Source: Lingula anatina (Eukaryota; Animalia; Brachiopoda). Taken from it: a stretch of 64,000 bases of DNA. The position numbers and the translations under genes were made by a program. Below the pieces are notes generated by a model. The model ran no database searches. It was not told the origin of the DNA and saw nothing but the letters and a program-made list of their open reading frames with translations. Shown here in pieces: positions 15,001 through 30,000 of this stretch; the first letter of the stretch is position 1; every line of letters begins with the position of its first letter. The stretch lies in NCBI GenBank assembly GCA_051362555.1, contig CM120641.1:28402401-28466400 (forward strand). Reading direction: 5' to 3'.

Positions 15001-18000
15001 GTGGGATGGTTAAATTGAAAAATTCTAATCTAGTTTTTCATTTCTTTTTACAGGACAAAGAAGATGATGAGCGACCCCACCCGGACATGGACTTCACTCT
15101 TGAATCCAAGCTAAGGTTAGTAAATTTTATTTTTCTTTGGTGGTGGGATGGGTAATTTGAAAATATCTTATCTTGTTTTTCATTTCTTTTTACAGGACAA
15201 AGAAGATGATGAGCGACCCCACCCGGAACATGGACTTCACTCTTGGATCCAAGCTAAGGTTAGTATATTTTATTTTTTGGGGGGTAGTGGGATGGTTAAA
15301 TTGAAAAAATCTAATCTTGTTTTTCATTTCTTTTTACAGGACAAAGAAGACGATGAGCGACCCCAGCAGGACATGGACTTCACTCTTGGATCCAAGCTAA
15401 GGTTAGTAAATTTTTTTTTTTGGTAGTGGGATGGGTAAATTGAAAATATCTAACCTTGTTTTTCATTTCTTTTTACAGGACAAACAAGATGATGAGCAAC
15501 CCCACCCAGACATGGACTTCACTCTTGGATCCAAGCTAAGGTTAGTAAATTTTATTTTAAGGGGGTAGTGGGATTGTTAATTTGAAAAAATCTAATCTAG
15601 TTTTTCATTTACTTTTATAGGACAAAGAAGATGATGAGCGACCCCACCCGGACATGGACTTCACTCTTGGATCCAACCTAAGGTTAGTAAATTTTATTTT
15701 AAGGGGGTAGTGGGATGGTTAATTTGAAAAAATCTAATCTAGTTTTTCATTTACTTTTACAGGACAAAGAAGATGATGAGCAACCCCACCCGGACATGGA
15801 CTTCACTCTTGGATCCAAGCTAGGGTTAGTAAATTTTATTTTATGGGGGTAGTGGGATGGTTAAATTGAAAAAATCTAATCTACTTTTTCATTTCTTTTT
15901 ACAGGACAAAGAAGATGATGAGCAACCCCACCCGGACATGGACTTCACTCTTGGATCCAAGCTAAGGTTAGTAAATTTTATTTTTCTTTGGTGGTGGGAT
16001 GGGTAATTTGAAAATATCTTATCTTGTTTTTCATTTCTTTTTACAGGACAAAGAAGATGATGAGCGACCCCACCCAGAACATGGACTTCACTCTTGGATC
16101 CAAGCTAAGGTTAGTATATTTTATTTTTTGGGGGGTAGTGGGATGGTTAAATTGAAAAAATCTAATCTTGTTTTTCATTTCTTTTTACAGGACAAAGAAG
16201 ACGATGAGCGACCCCAGCAGGACATGGACTTCACTCTTGGATCCAAGCTAAGGTTAGTAAATTTTTTTTTTTGGTAGTGGGATGGGTAAATTGAAAATAT
16301 CTAACCTTGTTTTTCATTTCTTTTTACAGGACAAAGAAGATGATGAGCAACCCCACCCAGACATGGACTTCACTCTTGGATCCAAGCTAAGGTTAGTAAA
16401 TTTTATTTTAAGGGGGTAGTGGGATTGTTAATTTGAAAAAATCTAATCTAGTTTTTCATTTACTTTTACAGGACAAAGAAGATGATGAGCAACCCCACCC
16501 GGACATGGACTTCACTCTTGGATCCAAGCTAGGGTTAGTAAATTTTATTTTATGGGGGTAGTGGGATAGTTAAATTGAAAAAATCTAATCTACTTTTTCA
16601 TTTCTTTTTACAGGACAAAGTAGATGATGAGCAACCCCACCCGGACATGGACTTCACTCTTGGATCCAAGCTAAGGTTAGTAAATTTTATTTTTGTGGGT
16701 TAGTGGGATGGTTAAATTGAAAAATTCTAATCTAGTTTTTCATTTCTTTTTACAGGACAAAGAAGATGATGAGCGACCCTACCCGGACATGGACTTCACT
16801 CTTGAATCCAAGCTAAGGTTAGTAAATTTTATTTTTCTTTGGTGGTGGGATGGGTAATTTGAAAATATCTTATCTTGTTTTTCATTTCTTTTTACAGGAC
16901 AAAGAAGATGATGAGCGACCCCACCCGGAACATGGACTTCACTCTTGGATCCAAGCTAAGGTTAGTAAATTTTATTTTTTGGGGGGTAGTGGGATGGTTA
17001 AATTGAAAAAATCTAATCTTGTTTTTCATTTCTTTTTACAGGACAAAGAAGACGATGAGCGACCCCAGCAGGACATGGACTTCACTCTTGGATCCAAGCT
17101 AAGGTTAGTAAATTTTTTTTTTTGGTAGTGGGATGGGTAAATTGAAAATATCTAACCTTGTTTTTCATTTCTTTTTACAGGACAAAGAAGATGATGAGCA
17201 ACCCCACCCGGACATGGACTTCACTCTTGGATCCAAGCTAAGGTTAGTAAATTTTATTTTTGTGGGGTAGTGGGATGGTTAAATTGAAAAATTCTAATCT
17301 AGTTTTTCATTTCTTTTTACAGGACAAAGAAGATGATGAGCGACCCCACCCGGACATGGACTTCACTCTTGGATCCAAGCTAAGGTTAGTAAATTTTATT
17401 TTTTGGGGGGTAGTGGGATGGTTAAATTGAAAAAATCTAATCTTGTTTTTCATTTCTTTTTACAGGACAAGGAAGACGATGAGCAACCCCACCAGGACAT
17501 GGACTTCACTCTTGGATCCAAGCTAAGGTTAGTAAATTTTATTTTTTTTGGTAGTGGGATGGGTAAATTGAAAATATCTAACCTTGTTTTTCATTTCTTT
17601 TTACAGGACAAAGAAGATGATCAGCAACCCCACCCTGACATGGACTTCACTCTTGGATCCAAGCTAAGGTTAGTAAATTTTATTTTAAGGGGGTAGTGGG
17701 ATTGTTAATTTGAAAAAATCTAATCTAGTTTTTCATTTACTTTTACAGGACAAAGTAGATGATGAGCGACCCAACCCGGACATGGACTTCACTCTTGGAT
17801 CTAAGCTAAGGTTAGTAAATTTTATTTTTCTTTGGTGGTAGGATGGTTATTTTGAAAATATCTTATCTTGTTTTTCATTTCTTTTTACAGGACAAAGAAG
17901 ATGCTGAGTGACCCCACCTGGAACATGGACTTCACTCTTGGATCCAAGCTAAGGTTAGTAAATTTTATTTTTTGGGGGGTAGTGGGATGGTTAAATTGAA

Positions 18001-21000
18001 AAAATCTAATCTTGTTTTTTATTTCTTTTTACAGGACAAAGAAGATGATGAGCGACCCCACCAGGACATGGACTTCACTCTTGGATCCAAGCTAAGGTTA
18101 GTAAATTTTATTTTTTTTGGTAGTGGGATGGGTAAATTGAAAATATCTAACCTTGTTTTTTATTTCTTTTTACAGGATAAAGAAGATGATGAGCAACCCC
18201 ACCCAGACATGGACTTCACTCTTGGATCCAAGCTAAGGTTAGTAAATTTTATTTTAAGGGGGTAGTGGGATTGTTAATTTGAAAAAATCTAATCTAGTTT
18301 TTCATTTACTTTTACAGGACAAAGAAGATGATGAGCGACCCCACCCGGACATGGACTTCACTCTTGGATCCAAGCTAAGGTTAGTAAATTTTATTTTTTG
18401 GGGGGTAGTGGGATGGTTAAATTGAAAAAATCTAATCTTGTTTTTCATTTCTTTTTACAGGACAAGGAAGACGATGAGCAACCCCACCAGGACATGGACT
18501 TCACTCTTGGATCCAAGCTAAGGTTAGTAAATTTTATTTTTTGGGGGGTAGTGGGATGGTTAAATTGAAAAAATCTAATCTTGTTTTTCATTTCTTTTTA
18601 CAGGACAAAGAAGATGATGAGCAACCCCACCAGGACATGGACTTCACTCTTGAATCCAAGCTAAGGTTAGTAAATTTTATTTTTTTTGGTAGTGGGATGG
18701 GTAAATTGAAAATATCTAACCTTGTTTTTCATTTCTTTTTACAGGACAAAGAAGATGATCAGCAACCCCACCCGGACATGGACTTCACTCTTGGATCCAA
18801 GCTAAGGTTAGTAAATTTTATTTTAAGGGGGTAGTGGGATTGTTAATTTGAAAAAATCTAATCTAGTTTTTCATTTACTTTTACAGGACAAAGTAGATGA
18901 TGAGCGACCCAACCCGGACATGGACTTCACTCTTGGATCTAAGCTAAGGTTAGTAAATTTTATTTTTCTTTGGTGGTAGGATGGTTATTTTGAAAATATC
19001 TTATCTTGTTTTTCATTTCTTTTTACAGGACAAAGAAGATGCTGAGTGACCCCACCCGGAACATGGACTTCACTCTTGGATCCAAGCTAAGGTTAGTAAA
19101 TTTTATTTTTTGGGGGGTAGTGGGATGGTTAAATTGAAAAAATCTAATCTTGTTTTTTATTTCTTTTTACAGGACAAAGAAGATGATGAGCGACCCCACC
19201 AGGACATGGACTTCACTCTTGGATCCAAGCTAAGGTTAGTAAATTTTATTTTTTTTTGTAGTGGGATGGGTAAATTGAAAATATCTAACCTTGTTTTTTA
19301 TTTCTTTTTACAGGATAAAGAAGATGATGAGCAACCCCACCCAGACATGGACTTCACTCTTGGATCCAAGCTAAGGTTAGTAAATTTTATTTTAAGGGGG
19401 TAGTGGGATTGTTAATTTGAAAAAATCTAATCTAGTTTTTCATTTACTTTTACAGGACAAAGAAGATGATGAGCGACCCCACCCGGACATGGACTTCACT
19501 CTTGGATCCAAGCTAAGGTTAGTAAATTTTATTTTATGGGGGTTGTGGGATGGTTAAATTGAAAAAATCTAATCTAGTTTTTCATTTCTTTTTACAGGAC
19601 AAAGAAGATGATGAGCGACCCCACCAGGACATGGACTTCACTCTTGGATCCAAGCTAAGGTTAGTAAATTTTATTATTTTTGGTAGTGGGATGGGTAAAT
19701 TGAAAATATCTAACCTTGTTTTTTATTTCTTTTTACAGGATAAAGAAGATGATGAGCAACCCCACCCAGACATGGACTTCACTCTTGGATCCAAGCTAAG
19801 GTTAGTAAATTTTATTTTAAGGGGGTAGTGGGATTGTTAATTTGAAAAAATCTAATCTAGTTTTTCATTTACTTTTACAGGACAAAGAAGATGATGAGCG
19901 ACCCCACCCGGACATGGACTTCACTCTTGGATCCAAGCTAAGGTTAGTAAATTTTATTTTTTGGGGGGTAGTGGGATGGTTAAATTGAAAAAATCTAATC
20001 TTGTTTTTCATTTCTTTTTACAGGACAAGGAAGACGATGAGCAACCCCACCAGGACATGGACTTCACTCTTGGATCCAAGCTAAGGTTAGTAAATTTTAT
20101 TTTTTGGGGGGTAGTGGGATGGTTAAATTGAAAAAATCTAATCTTGTTTTTCATTTCTTTTTACAGGACAAAGAAGACGATGAGCAACCCCACCAGGACA
20201 TGGACTTCACTCTTGGATCCAAGCTAAGGTTAGTAAATTTTATTTTTTTGGTAGTGGGATGGGTAAATTGAAAATATCTAACCTTGTTTTTCATTTCTTT
20301 TTACAGGACAAAGAAGATGATCAGCAACCCCACCCGGACTTGGACTTCACTCTTGGATCCAAGCTAAGGTTAGTAAATTTTATTTTAAGGGGGTAGTGGG
20401 ATTGTTAATTTGAAAAAATCTAATCTAGTTTTTCATTTACTTTTACAGGACAAAGTAGATGATGAGCGACCCAACCCGGACATGGACTTCACTCTTGGAT
20501 CTAAGCTAAGGTTAGTAAATTTTATTTTTCTTTGGTGGTAGGATGGTTATTTTGAAAATATCTTATCTTGTTTTTCATTTCTTTTTACAGGACAAAGAAG
20601 ATGCTGAGTGACCCCACCCGGAACATGGACTTCACTCTTGGATCCAAGCTAAGGTTAGTAAATTTTATTTTTGGGGGGGTAGTGGGATGGTTAAATTGAA
20701 AAAATCTAATCTTGTTTTTCATTTCTTTTTACAGGACAAAGAAGATGATGAGCGACCCCACCAGGACATGGACTTCACTCTTGGATCCAAGCTAAGGTTA
20801 GTAAATTTTATTTTTTTTGGTAGTGGGATGGGTAAATTGAAAATATCTAACCTTGTTTTTTATTTCTTTTTACAGGATAAAGAAGATGATGAGCAACCCC
20901 ACCCGGACATGGACTTCACTCTTGGATCCAAGCTAAGGTTAGTAAATTTTATTTTAAGGGGGTAGTGGGATTGTTAATTTGAAAAAATCTAATCTAGTTT

Positions 21001-24000
21001 TTCATTTACTTTTACAGGACAAAGAAGATGATGAGCGACCCCACCCGGACATGGACTTCACTCTTGGATCCAAGCTAAGGTTAGTAAATTTTATTTTAAG
21101 GGGGTAGTGGGATTGTTAATTTGAAAAAATCTAATCTAGTTTTTCATTGACTTTTACAGGACAAAGAAGATGATAAGCGACCCCACCCGGATATGGACTT
21201 CACTCTTGGATCCAAGCTAAGGTTAGTAAATTTTATTTTATGGGGGTAGTGGGATGGTTAAATTGAAAAAATCTAATCTAGTTTTTCATTTCTTTTTACA
21301 GGACAAAAAAAATGATGAGTGACCTCACCCGGACATGGACTTCACTCTTGGATCCAAGCTAAGGTTAGTAAATTTTATTTTTCTTTGGTGGTGGGATGGG
21401 TAATTTGAAAATATCTTATCTTGCTTTTCATTTCTTTTTACAGGACAAAGAAGATGATGAGCGACCCCACCCGGAACATGGACTTCACTCTTGGATCCAA
21501 GCTAAGGTTAGTAAATTTTATTTTTTGGGGGGGTAGTGGGATGGTTAAATTGAAAAAATGTAATCTTGTTTTTCATTTTTTTTTACAGGACAAAGAAGAC
21601 GATGAGCCACCCCACCAGGACATGGACTTCACTCTTCGATCCAAGCTAAGGTTAGTAAATTTTATTTTTTTTGTAGTGGGATGGGTAAATTGAAAATATC
21701 TAACCTTGTTTTTTATTTCTTTTTACAGGACAAAGAAGATGATGAGCAACCCCACCCGGACATGGACTTCACTCTTGGATCTGACCTAAGGTTAGTAAAT
21801 TTTATTTTAAGGGGGTAGTGGGATTGTTAATTTGAAAAAATCTAATCTAGTTTTTCATTTACTTTTACAGGACAAAGAAGATGATGAGCGACCCCACCCG
21901 GACATGGACTTCACTCTTGGATCCAAGCTAGGGTTAGTAAATTTTATTTTATGGGGGTAGTGGGATGGTTAAATTGAAAAAATCTAATCTACTTTTTCAT
22001 TTCTTTTAACAGGACAAAGAAGATGATGAGCAACCCCACCCGGACATGGACTTCACTCTTGGATCCAAGCTAAGGTTAGTAAATTTTATTTTTCTTTGGT
22101 GGTGGGATGGGTAATTTGAAAATATCTTATCTTGTTTATCATTTCTTTTTACAGGACAAAGAAGACGATGAGCGACCCCAGCAGGACATGGACTTCACTC
22201 TTGGATCCAAGCTAAGGTGAGTAAATTTTTTTTTTTTGGTAGTGGGATGGGTAAATTGAAAATATCTAACCTTGTTTTTCATTTCTTTTTACAGGACAAA
22301 GAAGATGATCAGCAACCCCACCCGGAACATGGACTTCACTCTTGGATCCAAGCTAAGGTTAGTAAATTTTATTTTTTGGGGGGTTAGTGGGATGGTTAAA
22401 TTGAAAAAATCTAATCTTGTTTTTCATTTCTTTTTACACGACAAAGAAGACGATGAGCGACCCCACCAGGACATGGACTTCACTCTTGGATCCAAGCTAG
22501 GGTTAGTAAATTTTATTTTAAGGGGGTAGTGGGATTGTTAATTTGAAAAAATCTAATCTAGTTTTTCATTTACTTTAATAGGACAAAGAAGATGATGAGC
22601 GACCCCACCCGGACATGGACTTCACTCTTGGTTCTAAGCTAAGGTTAGTAAATTTTATTTTTCTTTGGTGGTAGGATGGGTAATTTGAAAATATCTTATC
22701 TTGATTTCATTTCTTTTTACAGGACAAAGAAGATGCTGAGTGACCCCACCCGGAACATGGACTTCACTCTTGGATCCAAGCTAAGGTTAGTAAATTTTAT
22801 TTTAAGGGGGTAGTGGGATTGTTAATATGAAAAAATCTAATCTAGTTTTTCATTTACTTTTACAGGACAAAGAAGATGATGAGCGACCCCACCCGGATAT
22901 GGACTTCACTCTTGGATCTAAGCTAAGGTTAGTAAATTTTATTTTTCTTTGGTGGTAGGATGGTTAATTTGAAAATATCTTATCTTGTTTTTCATTTCTT
23001 TTTACAGGACAAAGAAGATGCTGAGTGACCCCACCCGGAACATGGACTTCACTCTTGGATCCAAGCTAAGGTTAGTAAATTTTATTTTTTGGGGGGTAGT
23101 GGGATGGTTAAATTGAAAATATCTAACCTTGTTTTTTATTTCTTTTTACAGGATAAAGAAGATGATGAGCAACCCCACCCGGACATGGACTTCACTCTTG
23201 GATCCAACCTAAGGTTAGTAAATTTTATTTTAAGGGGGTAGTGGGATGGTTAATTTGAAAAAATCTAATCTAGTTTTTCATTTACTTTTACAGGATAAAG
23301 AAGATGATGAGCGACCCCTACCGGACATGGACTTTAATCTTGGATCCAAGCTAAGGTTAGTAAATTTTATTTTTCTTTGGTGGTGGGATGGGTAATTTGA
23401 AAATATCTTATCTTGCTTTTCATTTCTTTTTACAGGACAAAGAAGATGATGAGCGACCCCACCCGGAACATGGACTTCACTCTTGGATCCAAGCTAAGGT
23501 TAGTAAATTTTATTTTAAGGGGGTAGTGGGATTGTTAATTTGAAAAAATCTAATCTCGTTTTTCATTTACTTTTATAGGACAAAGAAGATGATGAGCGAC
23601 CCCACCCGAACATGGACTTCACTCTTGGTTCTAAGCTAAGGTTAGTAAATTTTATTTTTCTTTGGTGGTAGGATGGGTAATTTGAAAATATCTTATCTTG
23701 ATTTCATTTCTTTTTACAGGACAAAGAAGATGCTGAGTGACCCCACCCGGAACATGGACTTCACTCTTGTATCCAAGCTAAGGTTAGTAAATTTTATTTT
23801 AAGGGGGTAGTGGGATTGTTAATATGAAAAAATCTAATCTAGTTTTTCATTTACTTTTACAGGACAAAGAAGATGATGAGCGACCCCACCCGGATATGGA
23901 CTTCACTCTTGGATCCAAGCTAAGGTTAGTAAATTTTATTTTATGGGGGTAGTGGGATGGTTAAATTGAAAAAATCTAATCTAGTTTTTCATTTCTTTTT

Positions 24001-27000
24001 ACAGGACAAAGAAGATGATGAGCGACCCCACCCGGACATGGACTTCACTCTTGGATCCAATCTAAGGTTAGTAAATTTTATTTTTCTTTGGTGGTGGGAT
24101 GGGTAATTTGAAAATATCTTATCTTGCTTTTCATTTCTTTTTACAGGACAAAGAAGATGATGAGCGACCCCACCCGGAACATGGACTTCACTCTTGGATC
24201 CAAGCTAAGGTTAGTAAATTTTATTTTTTGGGGGGTTAGCGGGATGGTTAAATTGAAAAAATCTAATCTTGTTTTTCATTTCTTTTTACACGACAAAGAA
24301 GACGATGAGCGACCCCACCAGGACATGGACTTCACTCTTGGATCCAAGCTAGGGTTAGTAAATTTTATTTTATGGGGGTAGTGGGATGGGTAAATTGAAA
24401 ATATCTAACCTTGTTTTTCATTTCTTTTTACAGGACAAAGAAGATGATCAGCAACCCCACCTGGACATGGACTTCACTCTTGGATCCAAGCTAAGGTTAG
24501 TAAATTTTATTTTAAGGGGGTAGTGGGATTGTTAATTTGAATAAATCTAATCTAGTTTTTCATTTACTTTTACAGGACAAAGAAGATGATGAGCGACCCC
24601 ACCCGGACATGGACTTCACTCTTGGATCTAAGCTAAGGTTAGTAAATTTTATTTTTCTTTGGTGGTAGGATGGTTAATTTGAAAATATCTTATCTTGTTT
24701 TTCATTTATTTTTACAGGACAAAGAAGATGCTGAGTGACCCCACCCGGAACATGGACTTCACTCTTGGATCCAAGCTAAGGTTAGTAAATTTTATTTTTT
24801 GGGGGGTAGTGGGATGGTTAAATTGAAAATATCTAACCTTGTTTTTTATTTCTTTTTACAGGATAAAGAAGATGATGAGCAACCCAACCCGGACATGGAC
24901 TTCACTCTTGGATCCAACCTAAGGTTAGTAAATTTTATTTTAAGGGGGTAGTGGGATGGTTAATTTGAAAAAATCTAATCTAGTTTTTCATTTACTTTTA
25001 CAGGATAAAGAAGATGATGAGCGACCCCTACCGGACATGGACTTCAATCTTGGATCCAAGCTAAGGTTAGTAAATTTTATTTTTCTTTGGTGGTGGGATG
25101 GGTAATTTGAAAATATCTTATCTTGCTTTTCATTTCTTTTTACAGGACAAAGAAGATGATGAGCGACCCCACCCGGAACATGGACTTCACTCTTGGATCC
25201 AAGCTAAGGTTAGTAAATTTTATTTTAAGGGGGTAGTGGGATTGTTAATTTGAAAAAATCTAATCTAGTTTTTCATTTACTTTTATAGGACAAAGAAGAT
25301 GATGAGCGACCCCACCCGGACATGGACTTCACTCTTGGTTCTAAGCTAAGGTTAGTAAATTTTATTTTTCTTTGGTGGTAGGATGGGTAATTTGAAAATA
25401 TCTTATCTTGCTTTTCATTTCTTTTTACAGGACAAAGAAGATGCTGAGTGACCCCACCCGGAACATGGACTTCACTCTTGGATCCAAGCTAAGGTTAGTA
25501 AATTTTATTTTAAGGGGGTAGTGGGATTGTTAATATGAAAAAATCTAATCTAGTTTTTCATTTACTTTTACAGGACAAAGAAGATGATGAGCGACCCCAC
25601 CCGGATATGGACTTCACTCTTGGATCCAAGCTAAGGTTAGTAAATTTTATTTTATGGGGGTAGTGGGATGGTTAAATTGAAAAAATCTAATCTAGTTTTT
25701 CATTTCTTTTTACAGGACAAAGAAGATGATGAGCGACCCCACCCGGACATGGACTTCACTCTTGGATCCAAGCTAAGGTTAGTGAATTTTATTTTTCTTT
25801 GGTGGTGGGATGGGTAATTTGAAAATATCTTATCTTGCTTTTCATTTCTTTTTACAGGACAAAGAAGATGATGAGCGACCCCACCCGGAACATGGACTTC
25901 ACTCTTGGATCCAAGCTAAGGTTAGTAAATATTATTTTTTGGGGGGTTAGCGGGATGGTTAAATTGAAAAAATCTAATCTTGTTTTTCATTTCTTTTTAC
26001 ACGACAAAGAAGACGATGAGCGACCCCACCAGGACATGGACTTCACTCTTGGATCCAAGCTAGGGTTAGTAAATTTTATTTTATGGGGGTAGTGGGATGG
26101 GTAAATTGAAAATATCTAACCTTGTTTTTCATTTCTTTTTACAGGACAAAGAAGATGATCAGCAACCCCACCTGGACATGGACTTCACTCTTGGATCCAA
26201 GCTAAGGTTAGTAAATTTTATTTTAAGGGGGTAGTGGGATTGTTAATTTGAATAAATCTAATCTAGTTTTTCATTTACTTTTACAGGACAAAGAAGATGA
26301 TGAGCGACCCCACCCGGACATGGACTTCACTCTTGGATCTAAGCTAAGGTTAGTAAATTTTATTTTTCTTTGGTGGTAGGATGGTTAATTTGACAATATC
26401 TTATCTTGTTTTTCATTTCTTTTTACAGGACAAAGAAGATGCTGAGTGACCCCACCCGGAACATGGACTTCACTCTTGGATCCAAGCTAAGGTTAGTAAA
26501 TTTTATTTTTTGGGGGGTAGTGGGATGGTTAAATTAAAAATATCTAACCTTGTTTTTTATTTCTTTTTACAGGATAAAGAAGATGATGAGCAACCCCACC
26601 CGGACATGGACTTCACTCTTGGATCCAACCTAAGGTTAGTAAATATTATTTTTTGGGGGGGTAGTGGGATGGTTAATTTGAAAAAATCTAACCTAGTTTT
26701 TCATTTACTTTTACAGGATAAAGAAGATGATGAGCAACCCCACCCGGACATGGACTTCACTCTTGGATCCAACCTAAGGTTAGTAAATTTTATTTTAAAG
26801 GGGTAGTGGGATTGTTAATTTGAAAAAATCTAATCTAGTTTTTCATTTACTTTTATAGGACAAAGAAGATGATGAGCGACCCCACCCGGACATGGACTTC
26901 ACTCTTGGTTCTAAGCTAAGGTTAGTAAATTTTATTTTTCTTTGGTGGTAGGATGGGTAATTTGAAAATATCTTATCTTGATTTCATTTCTTTTTACAGG

Positions 27001-30000
27001 ACAAAGAAGATGCTGAGTGACCCCACCCGGAACATGGACTTCACTCTTGGATCCAAGCTAAGGTTAGTAAATTTTATTTTAAGGGGGTAGTGGGATTGTT
27101 AATATGAAAAAATCTAATCTAGTTTTTCATTTACTTTTACAGGACAAAGAAGATGATGAGCGACCCCACCCGGATATGGACTTCACTCTTGGATCCAAGC
27201 TAAGGTTAGTAAATTTTATTTTATGGGGGTAGTGGGATGGTTAAATTGAAAAAATCTAATCTAGTTTTTCATTTCTTTTTACAGGACAAAGAAAATGATG
27301 AGCGACCCCACCCGGACATGGACTTCACTCTTGGATCCAAGCTAAGGTTAGTGAATTTTATTTTTCTTTGGTGGTGGGATGGGTAATTTGAAAATATCTT
27401 ATCTTGCTTTTCATTTCTTTTTACAGGACAAAGAAGATGATGAGCGACCCCACCCGGAACATGGACTTCACTCTTGGATCCAAGCTAAGGTTAGTAAATA
27501 TTATTTTTTGGGGGGTTAGCGGGATGGTTAAATTGAAAAAATCTAATCTTGTTTTTCATTTCTTTTTACACGACAAAGAAGACGATGAGCAACCCCACCC
27601 GGACATGGACTTCACTCTTGGATCCAACCTAAGGTTAGTAAATTTTATTTTAAGGGGGTAGTGGGATTGTTAATATGAAAAAATCTAATCTAGTTTTTCA
27701 TTTACTTTTACAGGACAAAGAAGATGATGAGCGACCCCACCCGGATATGGACTTCACTCTTGGATCCAAGCTAAGGTTAGTAAATTTTATTTTATGGGGG
27801 TAGTGGGATGGTTAAATTGAAAAAAATCTAATCTAGTTTTTCATTTCTTTTTACAGGACAAAGAAGATGATGAGCGACCCCACCCGGACATGGACTTCAC
27901 TCTTGGATCCAAGCTAAGGTTAGTAAATTTTATTTTTCTTTGGTGGTGGGATGGGTAATTTGAAAATATCTTATCTTGTTTTTCATTTCTTTTTACAGGA
28001 CAAAGAAGATGCTGAGTGACCCCACCCGGAACATGGACTTCACTCTTGGATCCAAACTAAGGTTAGTAAATTTTATTTTTTGGGGGGGTAGTGGGATGGT
28101 TAAATTGAAAAAATCTAATCTTGTTTTTCATTTCTTTTTACAGGACATAGAAGATGATGAGCGACCCCACCCGGACATGGACTTCACTCTTGGATCCAAG
28201 CTAAGGTTAGTAAATTTTATTTTTCTTTGGTGGTGGGATGGGTAATTTGAAAATATCTTATCTTGTTTTTCATTTCTTTTTACAGGACAAAGAAGATGCT
28301 GAGTGACCCCACCCGGAACATGGACTTCACTCTTGGATCCAAACTAAGGTTAGTAAATTTTATTTTTTGGGGGGTAGTGGGATGGTTAAATTGAAAAAAT
28401 CTAATCTTGTTTTTCATTTCTTTTTACAGGACATAGAAGATGATGAGCGACCCCACCAGGACATGGACTTCACTCTTGGATCCAAGCTAAGGTTAGTAAA
28501 TTTTATTTTTCTTTGGTGGTGGGATGGGTAATTTGAAAATATCTTATCTTGTTTTTCATTTCTTTTTACAGGACAAAGAAGATGCTGAGTGACCCCACCC
28601 GGAACATGGACTTCACTCTTGGATCCAAACTAAGGTTAGTAAATTTTATTTTTTGGGGGGTAGTGGGATGGTTAAATTGAAAAAATCTAATCTTGTTTTT
28701 CATTTCTTTTTACAGGACATAGAAGATGATGAGCGACCCCACCAGGACATGGACTTCACTCTTGGATGCAAGTTAAGGTTAGTAAATTTTATTTTATGGG
28801 GGTAGTGGGATTGTTAATTTGAAAAAATCTAATCTAGTTTTTCATTTACTATTACAGGACAAAGAAGATGATGAGCGACCCCACCCGGACATGGACTTCA
28901 CTCTTGGATGCAAGTTAAGGTTAGTAAATTTTATTTTATGGGGGTAGTGGGATTGTTAATTTGAAAAAATCTAATCTAGTTTTTCATTTACTTTTACAGG
29001 ACAAAGAAGATGATGAGCGACCCCACCCGGACATGGACTTCACTCTTGGATGCAAGTTAAGGTTAGTAAATTTTATTTTATGGGGGTAGTGGGATTGTTA
29101 ATTTGAAAAAATCTAATCAAGTTTTTCATTTACTTTTACAGGACAAAGAAGATGATGAGCGACCCCATCCGGACATAGACTTCACTTTTGGATCCAAGTT
29201 AAGGTTAGTAAATTTTATATTTCTGGGGTGGTGGAATGGGTAAATTGAAAACATCTAATCTTGTTTTTCATTTCTATTTACCGGACATAGAACATGATGA
29301 GTGACCCCACCTGGACATGGACTTCACTCTTGGATCCTAGCTAAGGTTAGTAAATTTTATTTTAAGGGGGTAGTGGGATTGTTAATTTGAAAAAATCTAA
29401 TCTAGTTTTTCATTTACTTTTACAGGACAAAGAAGATGATGAGCGACCCCACCCGGACATGGACTTCACTCTTGGATCTAAGCTAAGGTTAGTAAATTTT
29501 ATTTTTCTTTGGTGGTAGGATGGTTAATTTGAAAATATCTTATCTTGTTTTTCATTTCTTTTTACAGGACAAAGAAGATGCTGAGTGACCCCACCCGGAA
29601 CATGGACTTCACTCTTGGATCCAAACTAAGGTTAGTAAATTTTATTTTTTGGGGGGTAGTGGGATGGTTAAATTGAAAAAATCTAATCTTGTTTTTCATT
29701 TCTTTTTACAGGACAAAGAAGATGATGAGCGACCCCACCAGGACATGGACTTCACTCTTGGATCCAAGCTAAGGTTAGTAAATTTTATTTTTTTTGGTAG
29801 TGGGATGGGTAAATTGAAAATATCTAACCTTGTTTATTATTTCTTTTTACAGGATAAAGAAGATGATGAGCAACCCCACCCGGACATGGACTTCACTCTT
29901 GGATCCAACCTAAGGTTAGTAAATTTTATTTTAAGGGGGTAGTGGGATTGTTAATTTGAAAAAATCTAATCTAGTTTTTCATTTACTTTTACAGGACAAA

